A stretch of 64,000 nt of DNA from Leidyana gryllorum EB-2025a. Its lineage: Eukaryota > Protista > Apicomplexa. Of this stretch, positions 1-11,854 are shown piece after piece (position 1 is the first letter of the stretch; every line of letters starts with the position of its first letter). The stretch covers positions 124,001-188,000 of the forward strand of contig JBLWGC010000104.1 in the NCBI GenBank assembly GCA_048772705.1. Reading direction: 5' to 3'. The position numbers and the translations under genes are program-made. Below the pieces are notes generated by a model. It worked only from the letters and a program-made list of their open reading frames with translations, was not told the DNA's origin and made no database searches.

Positions 1-472
1 TGGGGCGATTTGGATTATCTTATTGTGGATACTCCGCCGGGGACGTCGGACGAGCACTTGTCGATTGTGACACTACTGGGTGCTGCGGGAGTTGACGGCG
101 CGATTGTGGTGACTACACCACAGGAGGTGTCATTGCAGGATGTGCGCAAAGAGATTAACTTTTGGTGAGTGTCATTTTTGACAGGCAGGTGGGAATGTTT
201 TCTGCAGCAAGCAAACCCAGATCAAAGTGTTGGGCGTGATTGAGAATATGGCCGGGTCTGTTTTTGCTTCTCTGGATCCCGAGGCAGCTCGGAGGACATG
301 TCAGAAGATGGAGGTCCCATATGCGGGGGCTATAGAACTTGACAGTGCAGTGCTTGCTGCTGGCGAGAAGGGGATGCAACTATCGGAAGGGTCTGCTGCG
401 GCGAAGCAGTTTAAGATCGCTTTGGATGCTTGTTTACAGAACATGGACGTTCGGAAGCCGTCGTCAAGTTAG
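1..472 (+). CDS. NBP35: Cytosolic Fe-S assembly P-loop NTPase NBP35/NUBP1-like, 3' part (5' end outside window); intron 165-207
   Basis: [22 protein letters not shown]...[22 protein letters not shown] / VLGVIENM are Mrp/NBP35 family motifs; removing the GTGAGT...CAG intron joins the frames. Confidence 0.9.
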
Positions 473-2212
473 CATGTCCTTATAACGGTCAGACGCGAGA
501 GGTCTGTGGGAGGGGGCCTGCGTGGGCTGGTATGTATGCGGGAAGAAGGTGGGGAGACACACAGAGATATGCAATGCACGTGCCGGGTACTATGGACACT
601 CACTTTCTTATCTCGAGCTGCAGCCATTTGTTGTACGGCTTGATCGGACAGATTTCCACGTCGTTGATTTTCGTTTGCTCGAGCCTCTGCCGCTGCAATT
701 ACAAGTCTTCTCCTTTCGTCGGCGTCATGTTTCTCGGTCAGTGCAGTTTTGGATTGCTGATTCGACGTGGACTTGCGCTTGAACAGTTTTTTCAGCGAGT
801 GCATATTGGATCTGAGTCTGTTTTCAGAGCGCCAGAGCTCGGAACGGTTTCCACACTGCAGATGTATATAGATTTTGGGAATAAAATACACGGTCTGCTC
901 ACAGAAATCTGGTCCCACTTGAGGCCACCGTAAGCCAGGCGTTCGGTACCAGCGTTTGTGATAGTGTCCGCTCCAGACGAGTGCTGCCGCGACTACGGCG
1001 ATGTGTACAGTGTATACGATGAGCGATTTGTATATTCCGGTAGCTAAACTCAAAAGAAGTGCTTTTGTCTATAATGAGTGAAAACTCACTACCGCCCAAA
1101 AGGTATTGCATTCCTTGGTGAAGGGACCAGTACGCCTCCTCAAGACTATCAGAGGTGGCTTGCATTTGGAATGTGTCAAAATCGCGGCCCAGATCGCCTA
1201 GACGCAGATAAATCAAGTCCAGATTGGAGCTCCATAATTCGGAAGACTCCACTACTTCCATTCGGCTTTTTGAGATTAAGCATGAGTGTTCCTTCACAGC
1301 AGCCTTCCACATCTCACCTCCCCGTGTCTCCAGCTTGGAGACGGGTAATGCCTCAAGCGCTACCAGGGAGGTCTTGGAGACCTCTGAACCAGAGGGCTCC
1401 AAGCAGTCTCGAGGTGTCAAAATGGCTTCCGCAGTATTTGCCTCTAAATCGACGTTCGCATCCGCTTCATGTGTAACCACCAAGTTATCGGGATCAGCTT
1501 CGATCCTAATCAATCAATTCGTCACAGTGTCGATCCACTCCCCAGACACTCACTCTCTTAATTTCTCAAGTTCGGCTGCTGTGGGAGGCGGTGCGAATCG
1601 CGCCTTTAGGCGTTGCATTTCTCTATCGTGGGGAAGATTAAACGTGACGAGGCACCTGTCGTCCCCGACGTCGACTGAACGCCACGACCCATCCCTAGAC
1701 TTCAGCCCAACGGGATACAGGCAGCGCTGACCTTCAACGCAAGTCGCTGGAAAAGCGCGGTAACGACTCAAACATTGGAGATCTGAATCGAAAGATATAA
1801 ACTTCGACGACGACTGTCCTCAAATTCGACACTCACGTGGTCCTAGTTTCTGATCCACCAAGAGACACTCCTTTATCCATTTCCGGCAGGTCCCGACACG
1901 TGCTGCGCCCGCCCCATTGAGGGGTTTGGAGCAAGTGCCTGAACATAAAGCGACAGCGAGGAAGAGAATCGCGGCTACCAGGACAAGAAAGGCCAGGGAT
2001 GTGAGGTGTTTCAAAACATAATAGCATAGTGCGTGTACATTGCGTGCGCGATATCGCCGATGCGCGCACGGTGGGGAGGAAAATTTCAGACACCACGCCT
2101 GTCCTATGTTGAGCAGTGAAATGGTTCCTAGCGCGCATGTGCTCCATAGAGCTGCAGCGATCAGGCCATTCAAGCTCTCTCGAGGGGCGCGTTGACTGAA
2201 CGGGGCCGTCAT
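469..2212 (-). CDS. Hypothetical multi-exon membrane protein (ends approximate)
   Basis: ORF pieces 1820-2212, 1550-1771, 899-1513 and 469-1053 are linked by GTGAGT...AG introns; hydrophobic segments LAFLVLVAAILFLAVALC and LIVYTVHIAVVAAALVW. Confidence 0.5.
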
Positions 2213-4568
2213 GAAAGCCCAAACAGTATAGTTCTTTTGGGGGTACACTCGGCACTGCTGAGGCCGCACCAACAAATAAGTGCTGTCGACGTCAGTTGAC
2301 AGGACCGTTCTCACTGAAGACAAGAGATGAACACAAATCCGATCACACAGTCCAACCGAGGAGACCACGCAAACACGTACAGAGGAGACGGAGACGCCAC
2401 CACACACACAGACACACACCGCAAGTCAGAGCAAAGTCACAAATGTTTGACTTGACGTCAAAATATACCCATCGACCCGACCTATCCCATCACACAGTTC
2501 ATCCGTCCGTTTCTGTTGGTGTCGTAAATGTTGAAATAGTCGGAAGGTGCGTTTGCAGTGAATCAGAGAACGCATCACAAGCAGTCCAATTTAATGCCAA
2601 TAACACCAATTTCTCATTGGGAGTCAAAGCAATCACGGGCTCTGAATGGTCTCTGTGTGTAATGTGTCCCGCAATCGGTGGCCGTCGATATACATTGATG
2701 GTGCTCGCTGGTTGATGTCGAGGAGAAGAGTCAGGGTCTCGTCGGTTAGTTACTCTTGTGGCGGTGGACCTAATCATCGGTTACCCAACTCTTCTTCTGC
2801 TCGATACTTTAACCTCAGGTGTAGGAGAGAATTCGTTAGTTAGTTAGTTGATCAATAAATCAGATCATTGATTTGATCTGTGCCTTTCAATGCGGCGCGC
2901 ACGCAAGAGATCAAGGGACCGTCTCGTTGTCGTGTCGTGCGCTGCAGGGGCGGTGTAATGGGATGGAGGCCGATATGAGGGGTGAATTTCGAACTTATTG
3001 CCGGAAGACACACACATAACACACACAGAGACACGAATACGCGGATAGACGGAAATATTGATGGATCTCGGCGTAGATCGAACATTAAGAAGTCTGTGGT
3101 GGTGCCTTACCGTAAAGAAGGGATAGGCCAAATGCTACGCCAGCGATTAGGCTAGAGGCAAGGTACCAGCGAACACGTTTGCTCGTGGAAACTCGGTAGT
3201 CTCCAAGTCGAGCGTGGAAAGTGCTGAGGAAACTCGCCATGCTGTTGATCTCGGGGGTGCACACATGCTGCTGGGCGGGTATAGATCGAGTCTGATCGAT
3301 CTATCACCGGTTCACAACAACACATAGCGGACCCTTATCGACAACACATCTCAACGACTGCCGATTGCCCCCGAGGGAAAAAGGGATTAAATGTGTGGAA
3401 TAATGAATTCGCGGGATCTTGAAGTATATAATATCTCAGGGACCTCCATTCGCGGCTCAGAATGCGCGCTAGAGATCGTCGTAGCCGCCTTTCTCACTCG
3501 CCTTGCCTTTCATCCATATTGCGTCGAAGCAGACAACAATAAAGTGAGTCAATGGTGAGTGAGTGAGTGGGGGCACGAACGCGAGAACGCGGAATTATAT
3601 TTGGAATAATGGATTGTATTTGGTGAACTTGAGATTCAGCATAGATCGCGATTTGCGCCACCACTAGACCCGTCGGTAACAGAATGAAAGTGAACGCGTA
3701 TCTTTGTACTCATCCACCCTCCTGCCATTCGAGTCGCGATTGTCGCTTTCGCGTAGCTGGGGGGGGGGGTTAACCTCGGAATTTAGTTTCAGTGTAAGAC
3801 GTTAAGCACGCCCACACCAGAATATTTGGCAGAACAAACAGACCCCCTCAGGCCACCAAGCGCTATTCAGAGTGGAACAGCGCTCAAAGTTGACCGATCG
3901 ATCGATAGTAGAAATGTCGAATACTCAGGGGCGCCCCAAAGATGCATGGGGGTCACTCAATAAGACTCTGTCCTCGTCGTAACTCAAAGACAAGACTGTA
4001 AGGTTGTCTGATACGGGCCGGTGTGCCCGAATGTGTGTATAAGTGTATCAGACAGATTGGTAGGAAGATATTATTGATAGAGAAGCAGCACAGTGGTGGA
4101 GTGACCCCTTCGGTCGTTGAGTATTGTGGTGGTCATCGTAGAATTAGTGGGGCAGTAATAGTAGTAGTGGAATTGGGGCACATGGTGCCTCGGTGTATAA
4201 TGTGGGTGGTGTACATACGATCTCAATAGTGGTATTATGGTGCAACGACCTAAATTCAAGCAGTCAGAGAAGTATTCGAAGGGGCGGTGATCGCATTCGT
4301 AGCAGAATAGTGATAGTAAGTAGTATTAGTGATGGTGATAGTAGCAGTGGGGTGGGGTGGTGATGGGTCACAAGCGAGAGGCTGAGGACGGCTTTGAGCT
4401 GTCGTTCTGGGAGTGAACTTCGAGCACAACCTCTCGCTGTATGGCCGCCGCCGGATGCATTATTGGTAGGACTCTCCTCGCCATGTACTGTGCGCGTACG
4501 GACGTTATGGAGAGCCAACGCCGTGCGTGCTGTGCTTCGATCGTCTAGCGACGATCGAGTTGGGCTCC

Positions 4569-5429
4569 TCAGGCCAAAGAGTATTGAATTCGTACCGAGT
4601 TGTGACCTCCACTGACACATTTCAGAGAGTCACAACTCAGAGAAGCAGCACTGATAATGAAACGTCTCGCCCAACCGAAATCAGTTCCCTCGATCCATGT
4701 ACACGGGATCCCCTGATCGGTCAAGTCACAATATTGCCCGCAAAACAGATTCACGGGCTGCGTTGCTTCTACAGCTACCAGCAAACGATTCTTCACCACC
4801 TCAGGCAACTTGTTGTGGAAGCTGGAAAGGGTGGAATCGCCGCTGGGAACTGTTACTTCCTCTTCGCCCACAGGTAAGCCGAAGGAAACCGCACATAAAG
4901 CAGCCGGAGGCAAATTGACCCCAGAAGGGACTCGACCGCCTGCCATCTTCCAAAACATGGGATCGCTCATCAGACTGTACACGCCTTGCGAAACCTTAGC
5001 CAATCTAGACACACTTTGCAAATCCAAATAAGGTACCAGCGCCGCAAAGACAGACGACTCAAAATGCCACTGAAGCAACTTCATTTCAGGTGCCTCGACA
5101 CTTGAGGAGAGCCGTCGGACTACAACCTCAGTCTGACGTAAACGAGTTTCACGCCCCTGAAACTCAGTAATATCTACACAGATAATGTCATCAGTAATGT
5201 GAATCTGATCATCGTTGCAATATGGCAACACAAATCGGAAGTGAAGCTCCTCGCCTTGTCGTATCATTATCGACGTCAGTAAATCCGCACTAGAGTCCTC
5301 TTCGCTACTCTTGTGTATCCGAAAAGCTTCGAACTTCCCTTCCGTCACCTGCGCCTCCTTTCGCACCCAGGCTCTACCCACGACTTCCACTCCGGACTCG
5401 TTCTGGGAAGTGCAACTGAGCACAAGCAT
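4569..5429 (-). CDS. F-box-like protein
   Basis: VFAALVPYLDLQSVSRLAKVSQGVYSLMSDPMFWK matches the F-box pattern; first in-frame ATG at 5429. Confidence 0.6.
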   Translation of the reverse strand: MLVLSCTSQNESGVEVVGRAWVRKEAQVTEGKFEAFRIHKSSEEDSSADLLTSIMIRQGEELHFRFVLPYCNDDQIHITDDIICVDITEFQGRETRLRQTEVVVRRLSSSVEAPEMKLLQWHFESSVFAALVPYLDLQSVSRLAKVSQGVYSLMSDPMFWKMAGGRVPSGVNLPPAALCAVSFGLPVGEEEVTVPSGDSTLSSFHNKLPEVVKNRLLVAVEATQPVNLFCGQYCDLTDQGIPCTWIEGTDFGWARRFIISAASLSCDSLKCVSGGHNSVRIQYSLA

Positions 5430-5532
5430 TGCGTTGCGATGATCTATAAAGCTAAAGAATAATTTCCAGAGTAATAACCCCTTTTTGTAGACACCGAGGG
5501 TTGGCACTCAATTAACAGCACACGCGTGTGCA

Positions 5533-6006
5533 ATGCCTACATTTCATCATGCCCCCCTTTATAGCAACGGAAATATTCAGGACTGGTATCGATCAGAGGA
5601 ATATCAAATCCGTTGCAGAGGATGGCACTTCGACCTGATCCGCGAACGCGATTCTATACTGGCACAAGCCGCCACCACCACCGCTGCCGAGTTGGTGCGG
5701 GCCGAACCCGATAGCCCCACAGACTGGTTTCAAGACACTGGCAGAGACTCTGAGGAGGAAACTGCTCCTAAGGGCCAGAATTTGAGAAGCCCGGATGTTC
5801 TGTCAGACGTGCCGCCTGACTATTCAACCCATCCTGACAGCGAACCCGCACCCATTATCATTTACTGGGACAATGAGGACAGCGGAGTTGACGAAGCAGC
5901 CGCGTCCGCTGCTCTCAGTGGCTCGTCACAACCACTTACGGTGCGAACTGAAGGAACCCTAACGTCAGGCCCTGAGAATCAGAGCACCAAACATACAAGA
6001 AAGTAG
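5533..6006 (+). CDS. Hypothetical acidic protein (157 aa)
   Basis: ATG-initiated ORF filling the gap between flanking genes; no recognised motif. Confidence 0.5.
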   Translation: MPTFHHAPLYSNGNIQDWYRSEEYQIRCRGWHFDLIRERDSILAQAATTTAAELVRAEPDSPTDWFQDTGRDSEEETAPKGQNLRSPDVLSDVPPDYSTHPDSEPAPIIIYWDNEDSGVDEAAASAALSGSSQPLTVRTEGTLTSGPENQSTKHTRK

Positions 6007-6097
6007 AATACCACGCTTCGCACCCCAATTATTTGTCAGCCAATGCACGATGAACCGAAGCCGCATACGCTTCTTAGTGATTTATACTGGATCATAT

Positions 6098-8772
6098 CTA
6101 TGAAGGTTTGTAGCTCAAGGCAGATGTCTTCAATTGAAAGATAATGTCAACAATACTGAGATCTTCGCCTGCAGTCTGTGTGCGGGACGATGAGGCGATA
6201 TCGGACAGGGCAAGAGATCTGAGAACAGTCGCAGCTACTAGTTCAGTGCGTTGGGGGCCCACGAACTCGTTCCACATATCCCGGAAAGAGGATGTTGACA
6301 ACTTGACCTTAGCCGGATCAGTTTCAACCTCGACGAAAGAGGTTCGGAGGATCTTCAGTATAGTCGGGATAGCCTCCAACTGGTGGGTGATGAGTTTGAT
6401 CCGCGATTCTGACAGCCCCTCGAGTACCCGAGGCAGGCCACTGACAACACCAGACATATCCAGCAGCAACTGTTCGGTAATGGATGCAGTCAGGGGTGCC
6501 AATTTGCAGGCGATGATCATCAGAGATTCAGCAACAATGATTAGCGCTATGCATTCGAAAATAAATGCCGAATGTCGTGGAGCCAGTGCTTCCGCGACCA
6601 TACCATTGAAGTCTTTCCAGAGATCTGCAGTTCACAACAGACATCAATCTAGAGCTACCAATTTTTACTTACCGAGAAATTCCCGAACCCATGGGCTTTG
6701 TGCAACAACCCTAGTGACCTTGAAATCCAGTTCTGTGCGCAACAATTTGGTGTCAATGACACTGGCTGCAAAGTGCGTCAAAAGCAGTATATTACACCGC
6801 AGTTTGAGAACCCAGGCCAGATGAGTTTCCTTTCGAAGCGATAGGGCCGGATCGTCCTTTGCCGCGGAAAGACGTTGCGACAGATGCGCTTCCATTGCCG
6901 GAATGCTTGCTTCGATAAAGTACGAGGTGGCACAGGCTGTGAGGAAACAGTTCAGATCTTGACCAGGTGTTGCCTTGAACTTCATTTCTCGAGCCGTTGC
7001 TCTCATTGTCTCATCGTCTGGGTACGGCAGCTTGAGAATATTCAGTAGAAAGTTCTTCAATGGAGCCGGAGGCTCAAGTTGAGCGAAGCCAGCAGGCACA
7101 CGACAAGTGTGTAACAAGCTCAAGTAGCTTTTGATATGTTTACGACTCATTCGCATCACGTCAGCGGCCATCTGATCACTCCCAATGCCTTCTGCCTGGC
7201 TATATAGGGCTTTCAGATTGCGGAATAGTTCCAAAGTTGACGGGAAGATTTTCCTGTTGAAACGCCACGTGTGCGACCAAAGAGAGAGAGACATCTGGAC
7301 CCACTTTGGCAAGTCTTCATCATCCTGAGCGTCAGCATGGTGGCCTCCCATCCCAATGCCAGGGTTGATGGGATCTTCACTGCTCGAGGCAATCTTTGAT
7401 ACCACCTGATCGAGGTTACTGCGACGGCGAGGAAGCATTAGTGATTGACAGCAGCGAACTTGAGGGTCCTACCTATCCTCGTGGCGGTACCAACCACCCA
7501 TAAAGGAATCGAATACTCGGCTGATGGCTTCCTCGAAAACCACTTTCTCCTCGTTCGGTTGAGTACCGACGGCAAACTCTTGTTGTAGCTGTCTCTCAAA
7601 GGCTTTGACTTTCTGCAAAGCCCGCATCAGGACAGCTGGGTCCCCATTGTGTGCATAAACTTCGAGAATAGATACCAAATGGTGACGCGTCACCGCGGCA
7701 AACTGATTGGCCAATAGCACATCGGCGCGCCAACTGCTCGGGAATATACGCCCTGAGCGGCAGACCCATAATTCGAGGGATACATAAGCTCTGACGACTC
7801 ACCGAACTTTGACTCATTCTCTTTGAGAGCTTTCCGAAGCCATACGAAACGTCTGTCGAGCGTTTCGAGTGCGTGGAGGGAGCTGTTGCGTCGTGCCTCC
7901 GCGTTCATTGCCGTCGGGACGTATTGGAAGTTGCGTTTATATGGCTCCAGAATCTTGACACACACGTTCATGAGTATCTCGTTACGAAGGTTTGTGCTCA
8001 AGACATCCGCAACAACACAACACGATCGTGCGTCCACCTGCTGACCTTCGATCAGAGTGTCACCATCCTGTAAGGCGCTGAGGTCGTCGAGTATCTGCTT
8101 TTTGAGATCGGCCAAGAGAGAATCTCGAGTCTGAAGCGCTCTCTGTTGGAGGCAAAGTGCACATTACAGAAATGAGCTGCAAGAGTGGCTCACTTTGAGA
8201 CCCTCGACTTTGTCCGTTTGCGCTTCAAAGGACTGTCCGAGAGATAATAAAGCGTTGACGTAATCTGGACACTTTTCATAATCGCGCCTCGAGGCCGCGT
8301 ATGTCAGATTCTCCAAGGCCGTCTCAAACATCAGTAGTCGTTGCAGCGCAGCAATCGTTCCCGTGAGGTTTTCTTGCCCTCTGTCCAACACTTTGATGCC
8401 TCCCGCAATCTCGTCCGTTACTCTTCGAGTTTCCAAGACCTTCGCGGACGTTGCTTCGACCTCTGTCACTAAATCCCCCACCGCCTTCTGCAGCTCTCTC
8501 CACCGCTGATCATCATTTTCATCATACGCCAGAGCGGCCGCGTGGAGGTCATTGCGAATCTCGATATCAAGGCTTCCGATCACCTCTTCCAGACCAGCAA
8601 TGCAATCAGCCAGGTCTATCAGACTGTCCTCTGTCTGTGGTGAAGGAAGATTGATGGACACCGGCCGCTTACCTGTAGGGAACAAGGCGTTCACTATATC
8701 ACTCGTACTTGCGTTATCATTCGCCGACACTGCTTGGACCACTTGCTCAGCCTTGAGCCTACCTGAAGCCAT
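6098..8772 (-). CDS. VPS53: GARP/EARP complex subunit Vps53 (multi-exon)
   Basis: N-terminus VNALFPT..EDSL...EIAGGIKVLDRGQENLTGTIAALQRLLMF...RRDY and LDRRFVWLRKALKE resemble Vps53_N; exons joined by GT-AG introns. Confidence 0.85.
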
Positions 8773-8792
8773 TTCTGGGAATTTTTGCCTCC
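8773..8792. promoter_or_regulatory. Candidate bidirectional initiator (AATTTTT) between VPS53 and PFDN3
   Basis: 20-bp ATG-to-ATG gap containing an A/T tract. Confidence 0.55.
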
Positions 8793-9742
8793 ATGAGCAG
8801 CTCGACTTATCAAAAACTCATCACCGAGAATAAGGAGGGAGGCAGAGGTATCCCTTCTGTGAACTTCTATGAGGATGTGACGGTGCTATGTGAAGCAACT
8901 GAAGAATCGGTGGAGTCTGTGATGCGGCCGTATAACGAATTACACGGCAAATTCCAAATGATGACTAGTTCGTTACAGGAACAATACAAGTCGCTGAAGG
9001 AGCGCCTGGGGCTCCTCGAATTGGCTATGCAGTGCGTTGAGACTGCCAGAACGGCTAACGTAAGACCTCAAACACGTGTGCGCACACAAAGAATATTTAC
9101 AGGAGGCTGGCGAACCACGCCCACCTGTGCTGTTCAAGGCTTCAGAGTGTGTCTATGCCGAAGCCGAAGTCACTGACAGTTCGCGAATCCTCTTGTGGCT
9201 GGGGGTAAGCGACCTTGCAATGCATCTGTTGAATGAATAAAATGGGATTAAGGGGGTTTAAGGGCGGTGGGTGCGTCGAAGCGCCTTCGTCCCCCTCCCG
9301 AAGTGGCCTCTGTCTTTATGTCAGTCCTGAAGTGGGCGCTCGGAAGCGAACGTAGCTGGAGAGCGCGGCTCGTGACTTGTGATGGTTTGGTTCGCAATGG
9401 GTTGTGGTTCCTGTCTGTAGCTCGTTGACCGCTACCTCTTCAATTATGGTTCATTTCGCAGTCGAATACATTGATGGAGTATACATTGGACGAGGCAGAA
9501 GCTGTGTTGAAGAAGAACATGGAGCAAACAGCTGAAGCGATTGCAGACACGGTGAGTGGTGATTTGATGACAGACTTGTCAAATGTTCCGGGCGCCAGGA
9601 GAAGGATATCAAGTTTAGTCGAGCGCAGACGACCGTTCTGGAGGTGGCGATAAGTCGACTGCATAATTACCGAGTGCACTTGAGAGGGTTGAAGGCTGCC
9701 TCAGGCGCTGGCGGTGGAGCGGCTGTTCAAGCAGCTGCTTAG
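8793..9742 (+). CDS. PFDN3: Prefoldin subunit 3 (VBP1); introns 9060-9102, 9205-9461, 9552-9598
   Basis: RGIPSVNFYEDV...CVYAEAEV...LLWLG|SNTLMEYTLDEAEAVLKKN...QTTVLEVAISRLHNYRV. Confidence 0.9.
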
Positions 9743-10025
9743 GGGTGTGTATTGCTGATATAGTACTCAATGTCACCGATCTTCTGGCGGAGGCCATCGA
9801 GGAGTTTTCGGCTGGCGACTTCTGCAGTTTTGAGTTTCTGTGTTTGGGCGGCCAGGTGATAATTTGCCTCCGGTGTTCGCCTACGCGAAGTTTGGGATGG
9901 GTGTGTGTGGCGTTTTAATTACCTGAAAGCCCAAATGAGAGTTACAACTGTTAGAAGTATAGTGTGACATCCGACGCAGACTATGAGTATTCCGGTGTGA
10001 AGAGAGTTCATTATTATTGCATGCG

Positions 10026-11799
10026 ATGAGTGCATGGCGATGGGTATTGGCGGTATCTCTGGCGATCTGTTCTGCGTTATTCGCAGGGTTGACATTGGGA
10101 CTAATGACTCTCGATGTTGTACAATTGAAGATATTGATAGAATGTGGAGCGAATGCTGAGCCGCAGTCTCAGGCAGCGCGATACGCAAAGTACGCCAAGT
10201 CGATTATGCGAGTTCGTCGAAATGGCAATTTGTTATTGGTGACCCTTTTGATACTGAACGTTGGAGTAAACGCCGGATTCTCAATTCTAGTTGGAGATTC
10301 AACCAGCGGTCTCATTGGGTTTCTCATCAGTACCTGCGTATTGACAATATTTGGTGAAATCATACCACAAGCGATATTTAACAGATTCGCTCTGCCGATT
10401 TGCTATTGGTTTGTACCCTTTGTTATAATGTGTGAGATACTAATCTCCCCAATCGCTTGGCCTCTCGCATCTCTCCTCAATGTTTGGCTCGGATCTGATA
10501 TTGGCAAAACGTACACTCGTGAACAACTCGCTCAACTCATCAAGCACCACTCGGTAGAAGTCAATGTCCTCGACAGCGAGGAAGAACAAATCGTCGGAGG
10601 AGGTCTCATGTTCGCAGCCAAGAAGGCTGGCGACGCTATGACCCCTCTGAACGATGTCTTTGGATGCGTAGCCACAGACATTATTACTGAAGAAGTCTTT
10701 TCACGCCTCGTAGAGTCTGGCTACTCGAGGTTCGCTGTCTTCAAAGACAGTGATCGCAGACACATCAAAGGATTCCTATATCTGAAGGATATCATTCTAG
10801 TTAACACTAGTGATTGCGTCAGAGCTGCTGATCTTCTGGCCCTGTTCAACAGAGCAGTCTTCGCGGTCGACTGTGAAGCCCCACTCTTGGCACTGTTGAC
10901 CTTCTTCAAAGCCGGTAAGGACTGGAAAAGAATTCTGGGACGCAGACGTGTCTTATTCATCTGGGATGCAGGCAAATCCCACGTTGCAGTCGTCAGAGCC
11001 CCAAAAGACCATCCTGGCCGTACCAGCACCCACATGGGCATCATCACTCTGGAGGACATCATGGAGGAAATCCTTCAGGTGAGCATCCAACGTCGAGCGA
11101 CAACTTCGAGCGCTAAACTGTCCAGGACGAGATATTCGACGAGTTTGATCACCGACCGTTGCCTGAACACCATATCCCGATGCCCGAAAGACCCCGCCAA
11201 TCGGATGTCACCGTGCGGCCCGTCACCACCGACGCTCCCACACCCTCAGTGCGGGGTAGCGAGACATTGAAACGAGCCCAGGTGGGGGAATGAGAAATCC
11301 TGATCGAAATCTAACTGTGTGGGATCACCAGCTCATCGCACGCCAAGAAGAATTGGATGAAGCATCTCTGCGACGCGCTCGAATGGAATTGCTGCATGGG
11401 TAACTACATCGTCGTCGTACTTTTGAATGCAGTTTCATTGGCAGACAACATATTCGTGCCTTTTTGACACGTGAACAAGCGTGTGTGGTACTGAGCTTCC
11501 TGAATAGCACACGAATTTCGGCGTTCGCACGTCCGACGTTTCAGGGCGAACACGTGATTGAATACCTGCAAAAGTGTCTTGTGGAAGTTGTGAACCCTTC
11601 ACAGCGTATACAATCATCAAGTGACGCACATGTGGTGTTGTTGAAAGGCAAAATCGAGAGTGACAACAGACAGATATTTGGGAGTTGGACAGTCATTCCC
11701 CCGACATATTGTGATTTGCACCATCTCACAGCTGGCGGGCAAGGCTGTTCTTTTGTTCAGATCCGCCGAATTGATCTGCCACAGCATCCGCACCATTAG
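10026..11799 (+). CDS. CNNM/CBS-pair (DUF21) divalent metal transporter (3' end approximate)
   Basis: SALFAGLTLGLMTLD, GNLLLVTLLILN, IFGEIIPQA, MTPLNDVF, SGYSRF, GIITLEDIMEEILQ. Confidence 0.92.
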
Positions 11800-11854
11800 T
11801 TAGTCGTTGTTGTTGTTGTGGTCTTGAGTGTGTTCCTCATCAAAGTATTGTGTG

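Noticed and set aside
3185-3240. GAAAC...GTC...CTGAGGA arrangement resembling a hammerhead ribozyme
   Set aside because: Stems I and II cannot form next to the core nucleotides
3186-3315. GGAAACTCGGT / ACCGGTT pairing resembling RNase P/MRP helix P4
   Set aside because: The CR-V consensus (ACnnRA...UA) is not met and no P1-P3 framework is evident
9335-9366. TCGGAAGCGA resembling SRP RNA helix 8
   Set aside because: Lacks the conserved AGG/AGCAG internal loop and any Alu-domain 5' end
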